A DNA stretch of 64,000 bases from Pavona decussata (taxonomy: Eukaryota): contig CDRNST010000214.1 in NCBI GenBank assembly GCA_977016875.1, forward strand, positions 3,844,001 through 3,908,000. Direction: 5' to 3'. Below the pieces are notes generated by a model. It was not told where the DNA came from and did not search any database. It saw only the letters and a list, made by a program, of their open reading frames with translations. The position numbers and the translations under genes are program-made. Shown in pieces: positions 11,568-23,400 of this stretch; position 1 is the first letter of the stretch, and every line of letters begins with the position of its first letter.

Positions 11568-14313
11568 ATGAAATGTCGACCAACGTTTGAATCATCATCC
11601 TGTGAACAGTTACAGCGTCGATGGACAAAATTACTGACAAGAACATCTCGCGAAATGATTAAACTCCTTCAAATACAATGCAAGAAACACTTGACACTGC
11701 TAACTTCAGAATTTAATTCTATCCTACATCAACTCAAATCTACGTGCTCTGATTCTACATTTGTTCACATTAAACACTTTCTTCAGACTTCGGCAGCCGA
11801 ACTATCTCATGTACTCTTATCTAGAAAACGCAAGAAACAGTCCTCAACCGGTGAGTATGCCGCTCGCGCTTTTGCTCGTACACGCCAAAATAACCGTCCT
11901 AACCGACCCGATAACCAAAATAACCGTCCTAACCGACCACAACCTACTGTCACCCATTCGCAGTCACCTACTGACGCATCCACTAATCACATTCAACCCA
12001 TTAACACCACTGCTAATAGTTCCACACCCATACGCAATCATAGACGTCGACGCAAACGGAAAACGACAACTAACAGATACTGGAGACGCGACAATCATAA
12101 CATTCAACTAGACAGTAACGCAGTTATTAACTTAAGCAATGTCACGACTCTAACTCAAGACGAGACTCAACTGCTTGCTAGGGGCCTTTCTTTTTGCCCT
12201 ACGCCACGCCAAATTGACTGGACTGAAATCAGAGCTGATTTTTTTGAGTTCAGCCGACGTATGCGACTCCTTGAGTTTTTTCATGACTACCCTCCCCAGA
12301 CCAATCTTAACCCATTTCGTCCCAAAGGTACATGGACCCCTCCCCCCCACAGGGACCCAGCACTCGACACTTTTTTAGACGCCGTGGAACATGACCTTTT
12401 CAATGTCACACCAGCCCCTGTACGTGACAATTTGACAACACGCGAACGCGATGCTCTCAAACGTCTCCGCAGACGCACTGACATTGTCATCAAGTCAGCA
12501 GACAAGGGCTCGGGTGTAGTTGTTATGGACCGTAACTGGTACATTGACGACGAATGTTCACGACAATTAAACGACCCTAAATTCTACAAAACCTTAGACA
12601 AAGACATCACCACTGACATTCAAAAACGCATACGAATTTACGTAGAACGCATGCACCGTGACAAGATTATTGACGATCACAGGTAAACGTTTTTTAATAC
12701 TGACTGATCCCAAACCCGGACGATTTTACATACTACCCAAAATACACAAATAAGGTAACCCCGGACGTCCCATTGTTTCCAGTAACTCTCACCCTACAGA
12801 ACGCATCTCTCAGTTTGTAGACTATCACCTCAAACCTCTGGTACAGACTACACAATCCTTCATAAAAGACACTACACACTTCCTTAACAAACTCCAACAA
12901 CTCGGACAATTACCCAATAACGCCATTCTTGTCTCTCTGGACGTTTCTTCTCTCTACACCAACATACCTCATAACGAAGGCATCAACGCGTGTCGACACT
13001 TCCTCGAAACACGTAACCGCACCCCTTCTACCATAAGTTCCGAAACTTTATGTGACCTCATACGCATGATCCTTACCATGAACAATTTTACGTTCAACGA
13101 CAAACACTATCTACAGACTCACGGAACTGCTATGGGAACCAGAATGGCTCCTTCTTACGCCAATTTGTTTCTCGCCAAATTTGAGACGGACGCATTACTA
13201 CGTGCTCCATTTCAACCATACATATGGTGGCGCTTCTTCATGATATGGACACACTCTCTCGACGACCTCCAAACCTTCACTACTTATCTCAATAACATTC
13301 ACCCCACTATTAAATTCACATCCAATTATTCTCTCACATCTATACCCTTTCTGGACGTCAGTGTGTCTCTCTATAACGGCACTATCACTACCGACCTTTA
13401 CACTAAGCCTACTGACAAACATCAATACTTGTTACAATCTTCATGTCATCCTAGACACACTAAGAGAGCCATTCCATTCAGCTTAGCTCTCAGACTTCGA
13501 CGTATTTGTTCTTCTGACGAAACTTTTAAACTCCGAACAAACGAACTCAGAACCTATCTCAACAAACGGGGATACAATCTTTCATTCCTCAACCAAGAAA
13601 TAGGACGTGTTAACGGCATCCCACGTTCCGACGCTATAGCTACGAAAGACACCTCCGACACCAACCAACCTATAAGAGTACCCCTTGTCGTCACATACAA
13701 TCCAGCCCTTCGTTCTGTATCATCCATTATTCACAAACACTTCAACATCCTATCTTCATCTCCCCGCTGCGCAAACGTTTTCAAAGCCACACCTCTTGTT
13801 GCCTTCCGACGGACCAACAACCTGAGTGATTTACTTGTTAGCGCCAAACTACCTAATCCCACACAAAACAACCTACCCCATGGATCTTTTCGATGTGGGG
13901 ACAACTGTTTAACTCGCAACTACATAACAGACGGACGTACCAGCTACACATTTCATTCTACCGGCGAAACTAGACATATTACTCATCATATAGACTGTAA
14001 CTCTAAAAACGTTATTTACATGGTACACTGCAACCGCTGCCACAAACAATACATAGGAGAAACAAAACGACGACTTAAAGACCGTTTTAACGAACACCGT
14101 AGACCAGTCGACAAACAAACAAACAGTTCCAAACCCACCACAGTTTCAGAACATTTTCTTTCTAACGACCATAACGCTTCTGACATGCTACTAATTCCCC
14201 TCGAACTCATCAAATCTAATCGTGACAGTGTACGCAAAGCTAGAGAGGCATACCTCATCGACAGAGGTCAAACTATTGAACCCTTAGGTCTTAATAGGAG
14301 AGATGAGACATGA
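11568..14313 (+). pseudogene. Disrupted PLE ORF (RT-GIY-YIG)
   Basis: Frameshift near 12686, in-frame TAA at 12751 (KIHK*GNPGRP), and the catalytic motif reads WWRFFMIW, lacking the expected (Y/F)IDDI residues. Confidence 0.9.
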
Positions 14314-14537
14314 ACATTTTTCCCGTCTTTCATCTTCCTAAGTTATGTAATTAACTCATTGTTACGTATTTTGTTTTGTCTACCACGTTGTAACGTTAGC
14401 TTATACCTATTTACCAGTTGTATTTTCAAATTTCAAATTGTAACGTTTTTGTTTATGTAACTTTAGCCTTTTTTCAGGTATCTATTGTAACTGTTTAAAT
14501 TGTAACGTATCTTGCCACAGGGTCAGTCTCAAACATA

Positions 14538-14574
14538 CCCTGAAGAAGAAAGGCCGTGCCTTTCGAAATATTGG
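14538..14574 (+). ncRNA. Minimal type I hammerhead ribozyme in PLE pLTR
   Basis: CC-CTGAAGA-A-GAAAGGC-CGT-GCCTTTC-GAAA-TA-TT-GG: CUGANGA core, perfect 7-bp stem II, GAAA, palindromic loopless stem III (AUAU), short CC/GG stem I. This is the known PLE-associated hammerhead layout. Confidence 0.75.
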
Positions 14575-14918
14575 AAAATATACTTCCCTGACTGTGAAAT
14601 CAGCCTTGCTCTTTTTTTAGATTATATGTCTAAATTAGAAATTTTAGCCTAACAGGTTCTTAAAATTCAGGTTCTTACTCGCGGGCTTTTGCTGTAATTA
14701 TAACAATTGTTGTGGTATAAAGAAAAAAATTATGACGTGTATAATGTTTAAATCCACTGTCCAAATTTGAGTCCATTCCATTCTACGTTTATGGTGAGGC
14801 GATCGGGGGATTTTCGGTCCGGAGATCAAACTCTTCGCTCTGGCGGGAAAATAATGACGAATCAGTGTGGAGCCTGGGTACGAAAAGGGAAGGAACGCCT
14901 GACATTTTTAGCAGCATC

Positions 14919-17900
14919 ATGGCGCAGAAGTCGCTGAAGACTGTCACCGTGTTCTGTGGTTCGACATTAGGCAATGATCCGAGTTTCAAGGAATGTGCTA
15001 AAGGTACGGTCCTTTAGAAAATATCACATTTTGAAATGTGGTTAAACTACGCGTTACAGTCAATCGAATGATCCATTTTGGGTTTTACGCAATCAAGATT
15101 ACATGTAAAAGTTTATAAACTTTATAAATTAAAGTACATTATGAATATTTCCAAGAAAATTTAATAGCGTTATATATACAATGTTGTATCGTTTATTGCA
15201 AAAAAATTTCTTGCCTTGTCATTGAATGACCTGAGAAGTTTTGAGGCAAAGAGTTGGTGATGGCTGCAATATATCTAATCCATTACGCTTTTCACTGCTG
15301 TCAATCACTGCAGCGGGCCTCTGAGAGAACAAAAAACATTTCTCTCAACAGGGTCAAAAGGTCACGTCTGTGTGCTGTGATTGGTGGATTTTGATTTACT
15401 TTGTCTGTTTCTGTATTTTTGTGGTCAACTGGTTGTCGCCATAATTATGATTGACAGCAGTAAAACACACAAATCATTAGTTAGGGTTGAAATTCAAAGT
15501 CTGCTTGTTATTGGAAGGTGCAGTAAAGCTAGCATCCCTTGACAACTCAAAAAATTTGAACACTTTGTAAAATTTGGCTAATGCTGAGGGGGCAAAGCAA
15601 AATTACTGGGATCCTAGTGATATGTTCAGCAAAATTATTTAGAAAACAAACATAAAATCCCAACTATGAGGTCAGCTTTTCTTCATAATTTATTTAATAG
15701 TTACCTCATCTACCATGAGTGAAGGTCAGTAAACCTTCTGGAAATGTGGTCCTTGGAAGGTCAAATACAGAACTTCAAGTTGGATGGTAGGTCAAACCTA
15801 ACCCTGTGATTTGTTCCAATTTTCTTTATTTTGTCTTGTAGCCCTTGGTCAGTGCCTGGCAAAAAATAAGATTAATCTCATATATGGTGGTGGAACAGTG
15901 GGACTTATGGGAACTATAGCCAAGACTATGTCTGATGAAGGGTGTGAGGTCACTGGATTTCTTCCTGAATTCTTCCTTAAGAAAAGTAAGCACAACAAAC
16001 TTTTAATCTTCATATTTAACGATGTGGAACACAGAATGGTCAGGTTCTTTAGGGAAAAGGATGTATGATCTAGAATGTTATGTTATGTATACATCGATAT
16101 GAAGTGTAACATCTTCTAAGTTATCACCTGATCTTGCCCCTCCCCCCTCCCCTCTTCCCCCAGGAGGGCCCTTTCCTGCATCACCAGAGTACTGACACCT
16201 TCCTGTCACTCAAATGTTGCCCTTTACTTGTTTGTTGTCTGGTGATGTCGCAGTGTAGCAATATTGTTTCCAAGTGCAGACAATCTGCTCTTGAAAGACT
16301 TCATTGATCAAACATTTGTTTTCATGGGGAAATTTCCAGGAACTGTCAAGGTTGATTTCGTATTAAATTTTGTAATAATTTATGATCTTTGTTACAATTA
16401 AATTGGCTTCTAAACAGTAATACTGTGAGTAAGTAATGTATATTGATGTTTTATTTCAGCTGGGGGAGAGTTAGATAGTGTTGGCAAGACAGTAGTGGTT
16501 GAGGATATGCACACTCGGAAGAGAAACATGCTAGAACAGGTGAGCCCTGGTAGACTAATGGGTGGTGCATGATCCGATGCAGGTATGGATCTAGACCAAT
16601 TTACACCATTTTATTGAAAACAGTCAGAGTTCTTATAACAAATGGACATTTTAAGAATAAAAGAAAATTTCCAGGTTTAAGTAAGGAAAATGCCTGCCAT
16701 AGTGACTAGAAAACCCATTGCAAGTAAAAGCACTTTTCAGGCACTAAAACTTTAAAATTTCCTGGGGTAGCATGCCTCTGGATCCCCCTAGAACCTGATG
16801 CTTTTATAGCATTGGTACGCACATCATAAGAAAATGGTCACATTTTTTCCTGGATCCGCACCTGCAATGGAGCTTTGGCCGTATGGGCCAGCTGGGCCTG
16901 AAGCGTGATGCCACCTCATAGAGGTTGGTTGGATTTGCAGCATCAATGGGTTAAGGCTTTAAGTCAGCTGGGTCTGAAAAAGAATACAGATTTTAGTAGT
17001 TTTCATTTGTCTAAACTAATTGTATCATTAATTTTAATTTTAGGCAGATGCTCTGATAGCTTTACCAGGAGGATATGGCACCATTGAAGAGCTACTGGAA
17101 ATGATCACATGGTTAGAATGATCGTTCTAATTTCATTAAGTTTGATTGAAAAAGTCTGTAAAGTTTATCCACAAGTTATATACGTGTACAGACTGCGATC
17201 ATAGGTCCAGAATCTGAAACACCTGTTATGCCTTGATGAGAACCTGGTATAACTGGTGTTATTCACAATTTCTTAAGATATAAGGGTTGGTTCAATAAAC
17301 GCTGTATTAGTTAGTGTAAAGAATCATCTATGGTGGTGGAGTAAATTCTGTTCAAAAGAAAACTTGAAGTTCTGCAATTAAATCTGGAAACGTGAAAGCT
17401 GTGACAGTGTGGGATTACTATGTGCTGTTCCCCACATTAGATGCACAGCTAATTACAGCTGTTATATGTAAGTTACACACATATCTTGAAAGTCTACCCA
17501 AACTCATTTTCAGTATGGCTTGTTAATCAAACAGTAGCCGGCCAGCCAGTCATCAGCATTTCAGTCAGTCAGTCAGTCAGTCAGTCAGTCAGTCAGTCAG
17601 TCAGTCAGTCAGTCAGTCAGTCACCCAGTCAATCAACCAAGCAGTCAGTCAGAAGGCCAGCCAGCTAGTCAGTCAGTAAATCAGTCAGCAAGTAATGACT
17701 TAATTCAGTGAGAAGTTAATAAATTTAGCACATGACAGTAATTTAGGGTTACTATTGGACTGGTGGCCCTGTCTTAAAAATAAACTTCATATATTAATAT
17801 TTACAATATTCAAACATGCAACATCCCTCCTTTGTTTTACAGGTACCAGCTGGGACTCCATGATAAACCAGTAGGACTGTTAAATGTCGCCAATTACTGG

Positions 17901-19070
17901 GGAGGCTTGATAGATTGGGTTTGTGCAAAGATTTTTATTTTAAGGTTGTGTGTTAGTTCTGCAATAAAATAAAGGGTGTGGTGAAACTAATAACCTAAAT
18001 TCCAGGTTGGTCCACCCACGCATTTTTATATATACCCTCTTATTTTTCAAAGTGCCATTCATTTTCCTGAGTTCCCTTGTGCCTCAATATGAAAATTTTT
18101 GATAGAAGTTGCTGAATTATGCAAAGTATGCCAATTTATTCAAATTTATGTATTTTTGGGAATGCTAATGCCTGAACTGTTTTCTCTTCANNNNNNNNNN
18201 NNNNNNNNNNNNNNNNNNNNNNNNNNNNNNNNNNNNNNNNNNNNNNNNNNNNNNNNNNNNNNNNNNNNNNNNNNNNNNNNNNNNNNNNNNNNNNNNNNNN
18301 NNNNNNNNNNNNNNNNNNNNNNNNNNNNNNNNNNNNNNNNNNCAACCTCAGCCTCAGGTGGTTTTCAGGTTGGTCCTGAGTAAAAATTATGAATTAACAG
18401 TGGGTAAAAAATTATTAAATATAAAAAAAGTTAAAAAGAGACTCACAGTAAAATCCTAAGATAGAGTTAACGATGTAACAAAATTAGATAAAATAGTTGA
18501 CAAAAGCTATGCAATTTGAACTGCTTTTTTGCTGGTAACCTGTTATGAACAAATGCCACCAGTTAAATTTTTATTGACAATGTGTAAGACATGAGATGTA
18601 TAGAGTGTTTTTCTGCACGGTGGTCATATCTTTCGGTGGAGCAAATCAATATAATGATTTTCCTGTGAGAAATGAATCTTATTTTTATATATGCAAGTAT
18701 CTTTTATTGTTAAGCTCCTCTAATGTGGCCACCATGAACATGCACACTCAAAACAGTAGTAATGACATGACATAATCATGATAGGCATAATACTTGAAAA
18801 AGTTACTGAGAGAGTGCCAAAACAAAGTATTGCAGTTTGCTAATAATATGGCAAATCTCTCTTTCATTTGAAAATGAAAATCTCACTTGGTAATAAAACT
18901 CTAATTCTTTTCAAAATTTTCAGATTCAGAATGCTGTTAAAGAAGGATTTGTGTACGGCGAAAACAAAGACATTGTCATAGTTGCTGATGACTGCGAAAC
19001 TTTATTAAACAAGCTGCAAGAACGTGCCTCTTCCAAAGAACGAACTCACAGACTTCTACCGAATTTGTAG
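14919..19070 (+). CDS. LOG: LONELY GUY (LOG) family nucleoside-5'-monophosphate phosphoribohydrolase, type I-like, 199 aa, 6 exons
   Basis: Exons 14919-15003, 15842-15985, 16460-16539, 17044-17111, 17843-17918, 18924-19070; all GT-AG, phases consistent, 600 nt total. Protein: MAQKSLKTVTVFCGS...LIYGGGTVGLMG...EDMHTRKRNM...[42 protein letters not shown]..., with the PGGxGTxxE signature. Confidence 0.95.
17560..17690. repeat. (AGTC)n microsatellite in LOG intron 4
   Basis: Direct reading. Confidence 0.95.
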
Positions 19071-19745
19071 TATACTGTTCTGTCTTTTTGTATCTGTACA
19101 CAATAACTTTTTCATGTTCCACTGCAGATTAATATGTATGTCAACTTTTATATTACAAAATTGTAAGTGACAACATAATATCCTTTTCAGGAAAATATTG
19201 TCAATTCTCACTTTTGTAAAACCCCCCTCTCAAAAATTATTTAAGTTTGTCACATAACAAGTATTATCCAGTATGCTTTACCTCTGATCATCCATAGATC
19301 AAATGTCTGAGCTTCAGGCTTCAAGTATCGACATTTCTATAGTAGCGCACAACTGTTTCGACCAGTTGACTGTCCAATTTAGCTATTTTCATACATCCAT
19401 TTTAAAATTTCTGTCAAACACACAAGATAAAAATTGTATCAGAGGAAGAAAATGTACTCAAAGTGGCTTTTCAAACAATATAATGTCTTTTTGTTTTACT
19501 TTGTTTGTTGTCGTTGTTGTTTGTTTGTTTGTTTTGATGGACGGGACAGGATCTCTGGGACTACCCAGTAACATTTTCAATCTCTTCACCCCACCCCAGC
19601 TAAGTACATTTTTCTTGTTGAAGTTGTAGATTTCAAGAAGGGTTGACGCTCTAATGGTACCTCACTCCCCTCCCCCCAGCTGCCTGTTGTTCGTTTCAGC
19701 TAGGGACATTTGGTTTGGAATTACATGAGTCTCACAAAAACCAAC

Positions 19746-22181
19746 ATGGCGGCTCCTAAGGCAAAAAGGAAAAAGGACGATAAAACAGAATTGTACGATT
19801 CAGATGAAATCAAGGAAGAAAAAGAAGAAAGTATTTACTTCAAGGACTGCAACAATAGTTTAAAAGCCCAACCGCGCAAAAAATCAAAACTAAAACTGGA
19901 AGAAAAAGATGAAAGCGTTTCTCTAAACAAACTGGGGCGGTCGTTTTATGATCAACCTACCGTAAATTTGGCGAAAAAACTCTTGGGGAAGCTGTTGTAT
20001 CGTATTCTTGACGATGGAGAAGTGCTGTGTGGACGGATAGTTGAGACTGAAGGTTATCTGGGCGAAGTTGACAAAGCGTGTCATGCTTTTGGAGGCAAAA
20101 GAACAGCTCGCAGTGAACCAATGTATATGGCGCCCGGCACAGCTTACGTGTATATAATATACGGCATGTATCACTGCCTCAACATCTCCAGTCAGGAACC
20201 TGGTGCCTGTGTATTGATCAGAGCTTTAGAGCCTCTTCAGGGTGGGTTCAGTGGCTGTTAATCCCATTAGGGGTGGAGGGTGGGGGATTGGACAGAGCTT
20301 ACCACAGTAAAATCCAACAAGGGGTACGTCTTTGACAGCAAATTAAAATCAGTGAAGCACTAGCAATATCTGATGCCTAACCACTTACCTCATAGTTCAA
20401 ATAGAAGAGAGATCCTCGCCGTTAGTATGCAACTTAAGCAGTTGCAAAAAGAAAGCCTGAAAAAAATCCAGGCTTGAATGGGATTCATTCATTTACCTCA
20501 TAGTGTTAAGCATGGCTTTTGAAAATTTCTATCTCTCAAATGAACTGTTTTTGTTGTATTAAAATATCCAGGATTTTGCTCCTGGTGTAGGAATCAGATT
20601 CCAGAGGTGGTCAACAAAATATTTTCCAGGTACAAGTGCTTTGGCGGCTGCTTGGCATGGAACTTCAAAACTCTTAGCGTATCTTCGGCATAACCAACCA
20701 TACAGAATGCACCCCAACCACCCTCTCCCCTCCAATTCTCCTGTCAGTAATGGACTCTAGTAGGGAGATGTATTTCAAGTTATATCCTGTGTAACAGGTG
20801 ATTGATTAATTGTAATCAATCACTTCCAATCAATCTATCAATCAATCAGTCCCTTCTTTGGGGGTGACGTCCCGGGAAGGGGGGGGGGGGGGCACGTCCC
20901 CGTATAGCCCATATAGGGAAGTCCCCCCCCCCCCCCTGGGGGTGACGTGGCCTAGTGGCTAGGGCATTGGACTTGTAATGCTCAGGTCCCAGGTTCAAGT
21001 CTCCCTCTGACCACTAGGATTTGCTTCATGGTAGCCCCCATTTTAAATCCAAGGCTGTCAGTTATTATCACTGACAGGGAAGATATAGTTTCGGTTAGTC
21101 TGAGAATTTTGTAGATGTTTGCATGGGAACGGGCAAGTTTTGTCTTTCTTCATACAAATGTCTGCAAAAATTGCTGCAATTTCAGAACTACATCTTTGCT
21201 ATTTTAAAGATAAAACTCTCGCACAAATTTTAAGCTGCTCTTTCCAGAAGTCTCAATAGTTTTTCATTACCTGTCCAACGTCAACATTCTAAGTTACTGT
21301 GATAAAGGTCTATGCTAGTAGTTCAGCAAATGATAATTTTCCTATACATGCATGGATCCTTCACTTTTACTTCTCGATGTTGCAGGTTAGTTTGGCTGAA
21401 TTAAGTTTGATCTTTGGCTCATCCAGGCAAACTGATTAGTCTGGGTTGACCTCTACTGTTATTCCACGAGTGCGCGTTGGATATGAGATGAAAGATAGCC
21501 AACGAGGTGCACAGCACTGAGTTTGCTATAACCAACTCATTTCCAACAAACGCGAGTGGAATAATATTGTTTTCTTAAAAACAATCAGAAATATTGCTAG
21601 ATCTTGTTGAATTTGCTTTGTAAGAACAAGCAGATGACAATTTATTTCTCGGGCATGGTATAATGGCCAATATACCATGGCCGCTAAGCCAATCAAATGC
21701 CTGGAATTGCATTATACAATGATCCAGTTGTTAATAAAATAGGTTAGCTCATTAATTACAGCATTAATGGTTTTGACCTGGGCCTTATTTTCTCAGGTCA
21801 GCTGTGGTCTTATAAGAAGTCTTATGTTTGTATTTTGCAGGCTTAAACTCTATGAAATCATTCAGAGGAGTACGAAGAAAAGATAGTGGCAGCAAGTTAA
21901 AAGACTCTGAGTTGTGTAATGGGCCTTCCAAACTTTGCCAGGCCCTCTGTATTGAAAAAGCCAACCTCAACAAAGAAGACATGGCTAGCTCAAGTAGATT
22001 CTGGCTTGAAGATGACAAGGATTATCATGAGGAAGACATTACTATTGTAACTTCCACAAGAATAGGCATAGCTTCTTATGGATCTGAGTGGGCGCTCAAG
22101 CCCTTGAGGTTTTACATTTTGGGGAACAAGTGTGTGAGTGTGAAGGACAAGAAAGTGGAGGTTGAATTGGTGTCAATGTAG
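19746..22181 (+). CDS. MPG: N-methylpurine DNA glycosylase (AAG/3-methyladenine DNA glycosylase), ~278 aa, 2 exons
   Basis: Exons 19746-20241 and 21841-22181 (phase-1 intron). Motifs [64 protein letters not shown]. An upstream in-frame ATG at 19725 is an alternative start. Confidence 0.95.
20871..20940. mobile_element. Tiny hAT-type MITE inserted into the head of a tRNA-derived SINE
   Basis: CCCGGG...CCTGGG ends with G/C tracts and an 8-bp TSD GGTGACGT (20863-70, 20941-48). Confidence 0.7.
20941..21060 (+). mobile_element. tRNA-derived SINE head
   Basis: Pol III A-box-like TGGCCTAGTGG and B-box-like GGTTCAAGTC; does not close into a complete tRNA. Confidence 0.6.
21458..21740. mobile_element. 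Hairpin-headed non-autonomous element (possibly Crypton-associated)
   Basis: ~110-bp imperfect palindrome TTATTCCACGAGTGCGCGTTGGATATGAG...CTCATTTCCAACAAACGCGAGTGGAATAA. Family assignment is tentative. Confidence 0.4.
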
Positions 22182-22349
22182 TTTCCATTTGTCCAAGAGA
22201 CTATATCAAGGTGAAGTTACATCACTTCACATTCTCCCAGTTCCAAGCTGCACAAGGGATCTGTCCTCTTCAAAGGGAGGGTCCTTCATAAAAAAGGAGC
22301 AAAAAGTTGAAAATGGGAAGAAAAACAGAAATGGAGAAAACATGGCACT

Positions 22350-22500
22350 ACCACCTACCGGTAAAGTCAGTTGGAAGAGCAACAGACTACAATGTGGGAG
22401 GTCACGGGTTCAAACCCTGACCGGACCAACACTCAGGGTCTTAAAGCAACTGAAGAGGAAGTGCTGCTTTTGTAATGACATCTGCAAACAGTGGCACATT
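22350..22500 (+). mobile_element. tRNA-derived SINE fragment downstream of the MPG stop
   Basis: A-box-like GTCAGTTGGAAGAGC and B-box-like GGTTCAAACCC, followed by GGACCAACACTCAGGGTCTTAA. Confidence 0.55.
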
Positions 22501-23268
22501 ACATGCTGATGTCCGATCTCACCTCACAGGAGAATTGTAAACTGCCATGAGACTATGTGATTTGTGTGGTATATATTACATACATTACCATAACTCTTTA
22601 TTTCACTCTCTGCATTTGGCCTCTAGAGAGGAGAGAGACAAGCGATGTTTTACTTTGCCCAAAAATGCTTAAGTTGGCCTGAGACTGACTATAAGAAGTA
22701 ACAAGAACATTATATGACTCAGTTTGTCTGACTTAATAACATAAAGTTATCTGAGACCATATTTTATGTAAAACATGTAACAAAATGCCAGACAAACCAA
22801 AACAAATAGGAACAGAAGGCAGAAAGGAATTTCACTATCTTTGAGACTCCAATAGAAAGAGTACTGCATAAACTGCTTGTCCACTTGAGCATCGTCACCT
22901 CATACTATAGCCTGCATCACAGATGGAATTAACTACCAGTATTACCAGCGAGAAATTCCATTGCTAGTGCAGGCTATTCATAGTACTGGTGGGAAAATTT
23001 GTGAAATGTGGAAAACTCGTATCATTTTCAGGGGTAAATTTATCAAAAAATTTTTCTGGCCTTAAGGCATTAGCTCATTGCCAAATGGATAACTTCGCCA
23101 GGTCAAAAAATAAAATACAAAATTTCATTTTATACATAATATCTACGCTCTACACCAAACAAGAGCTGATTTGAAGCAGTGTTGTTTTTCGAAGCCAAAC
23201 CAACACCTAATTTCTCATTTTGTTTACAAAAGTGAAAACATCTAATCTACCCTTAAAGCAGATTCATA

Positions 23269-23400
23269 CCCAGTCGCGATTTAGTAATACGTGTTTTGTG
23301 GCGCGAGAAGATTGGATACGAGGATGGATTGAGACACCCGGGGAATCCACCCTCGTATCCAATCTTCTCGCTCCACAAAACACATAAATAGCGACTGGGT
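23269..23400. mobile_element. Palindromic MITE
   Basis: ACCCAGTCGC...GAGAAGATTGGATACGAGGATGGATT / AATCCACCCTCGTATCCAATCTTCTC...GCGACTGGGT fold-back. Confidence 0.65.

Larger units (their letters stand above)
10957..14626 (+). mobile_element. Penelope-like retroelement (Neptune-type), RT + GIY-YIG endonuclease, inverted pLTR arrangement
   Basis: RT motifs (IVIKSADKGSGVVVMD, PGRFYILPKIHK, LDVSSLYTNIP, GTAMGTRMAPSYANLF); Cys-rich linker; GIY-YIG (NVIYMVHCNRCHKQYIGETKRRLKDRFNEH...GLN). 11056-11552 is the reverse complement of 14132-14628. A 12-bp direct repeat TGTCTAAATTAG at 10945-10956 and 14627-14638 is the candidate TSD. Confidence 0.95.

Noticed and set aside
18099-18383. ORFs spanning N runs (also 52773-53104)
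   Set aside because: Artefacts of assembly gaps.
14919-19070. Annotation of LOG as lysine decarboxylase, or as bacterial/symbiont contamination
   Set aside because: The lysine decarboxylase label for PF03641 is a known misannotation; canonical GT-AG introns and metazoan neighbours argue against contamination.
20941-21010. tRNA gene
   Set aside because: A/B boxes only, no full cloverleaf; continues into SINE body.
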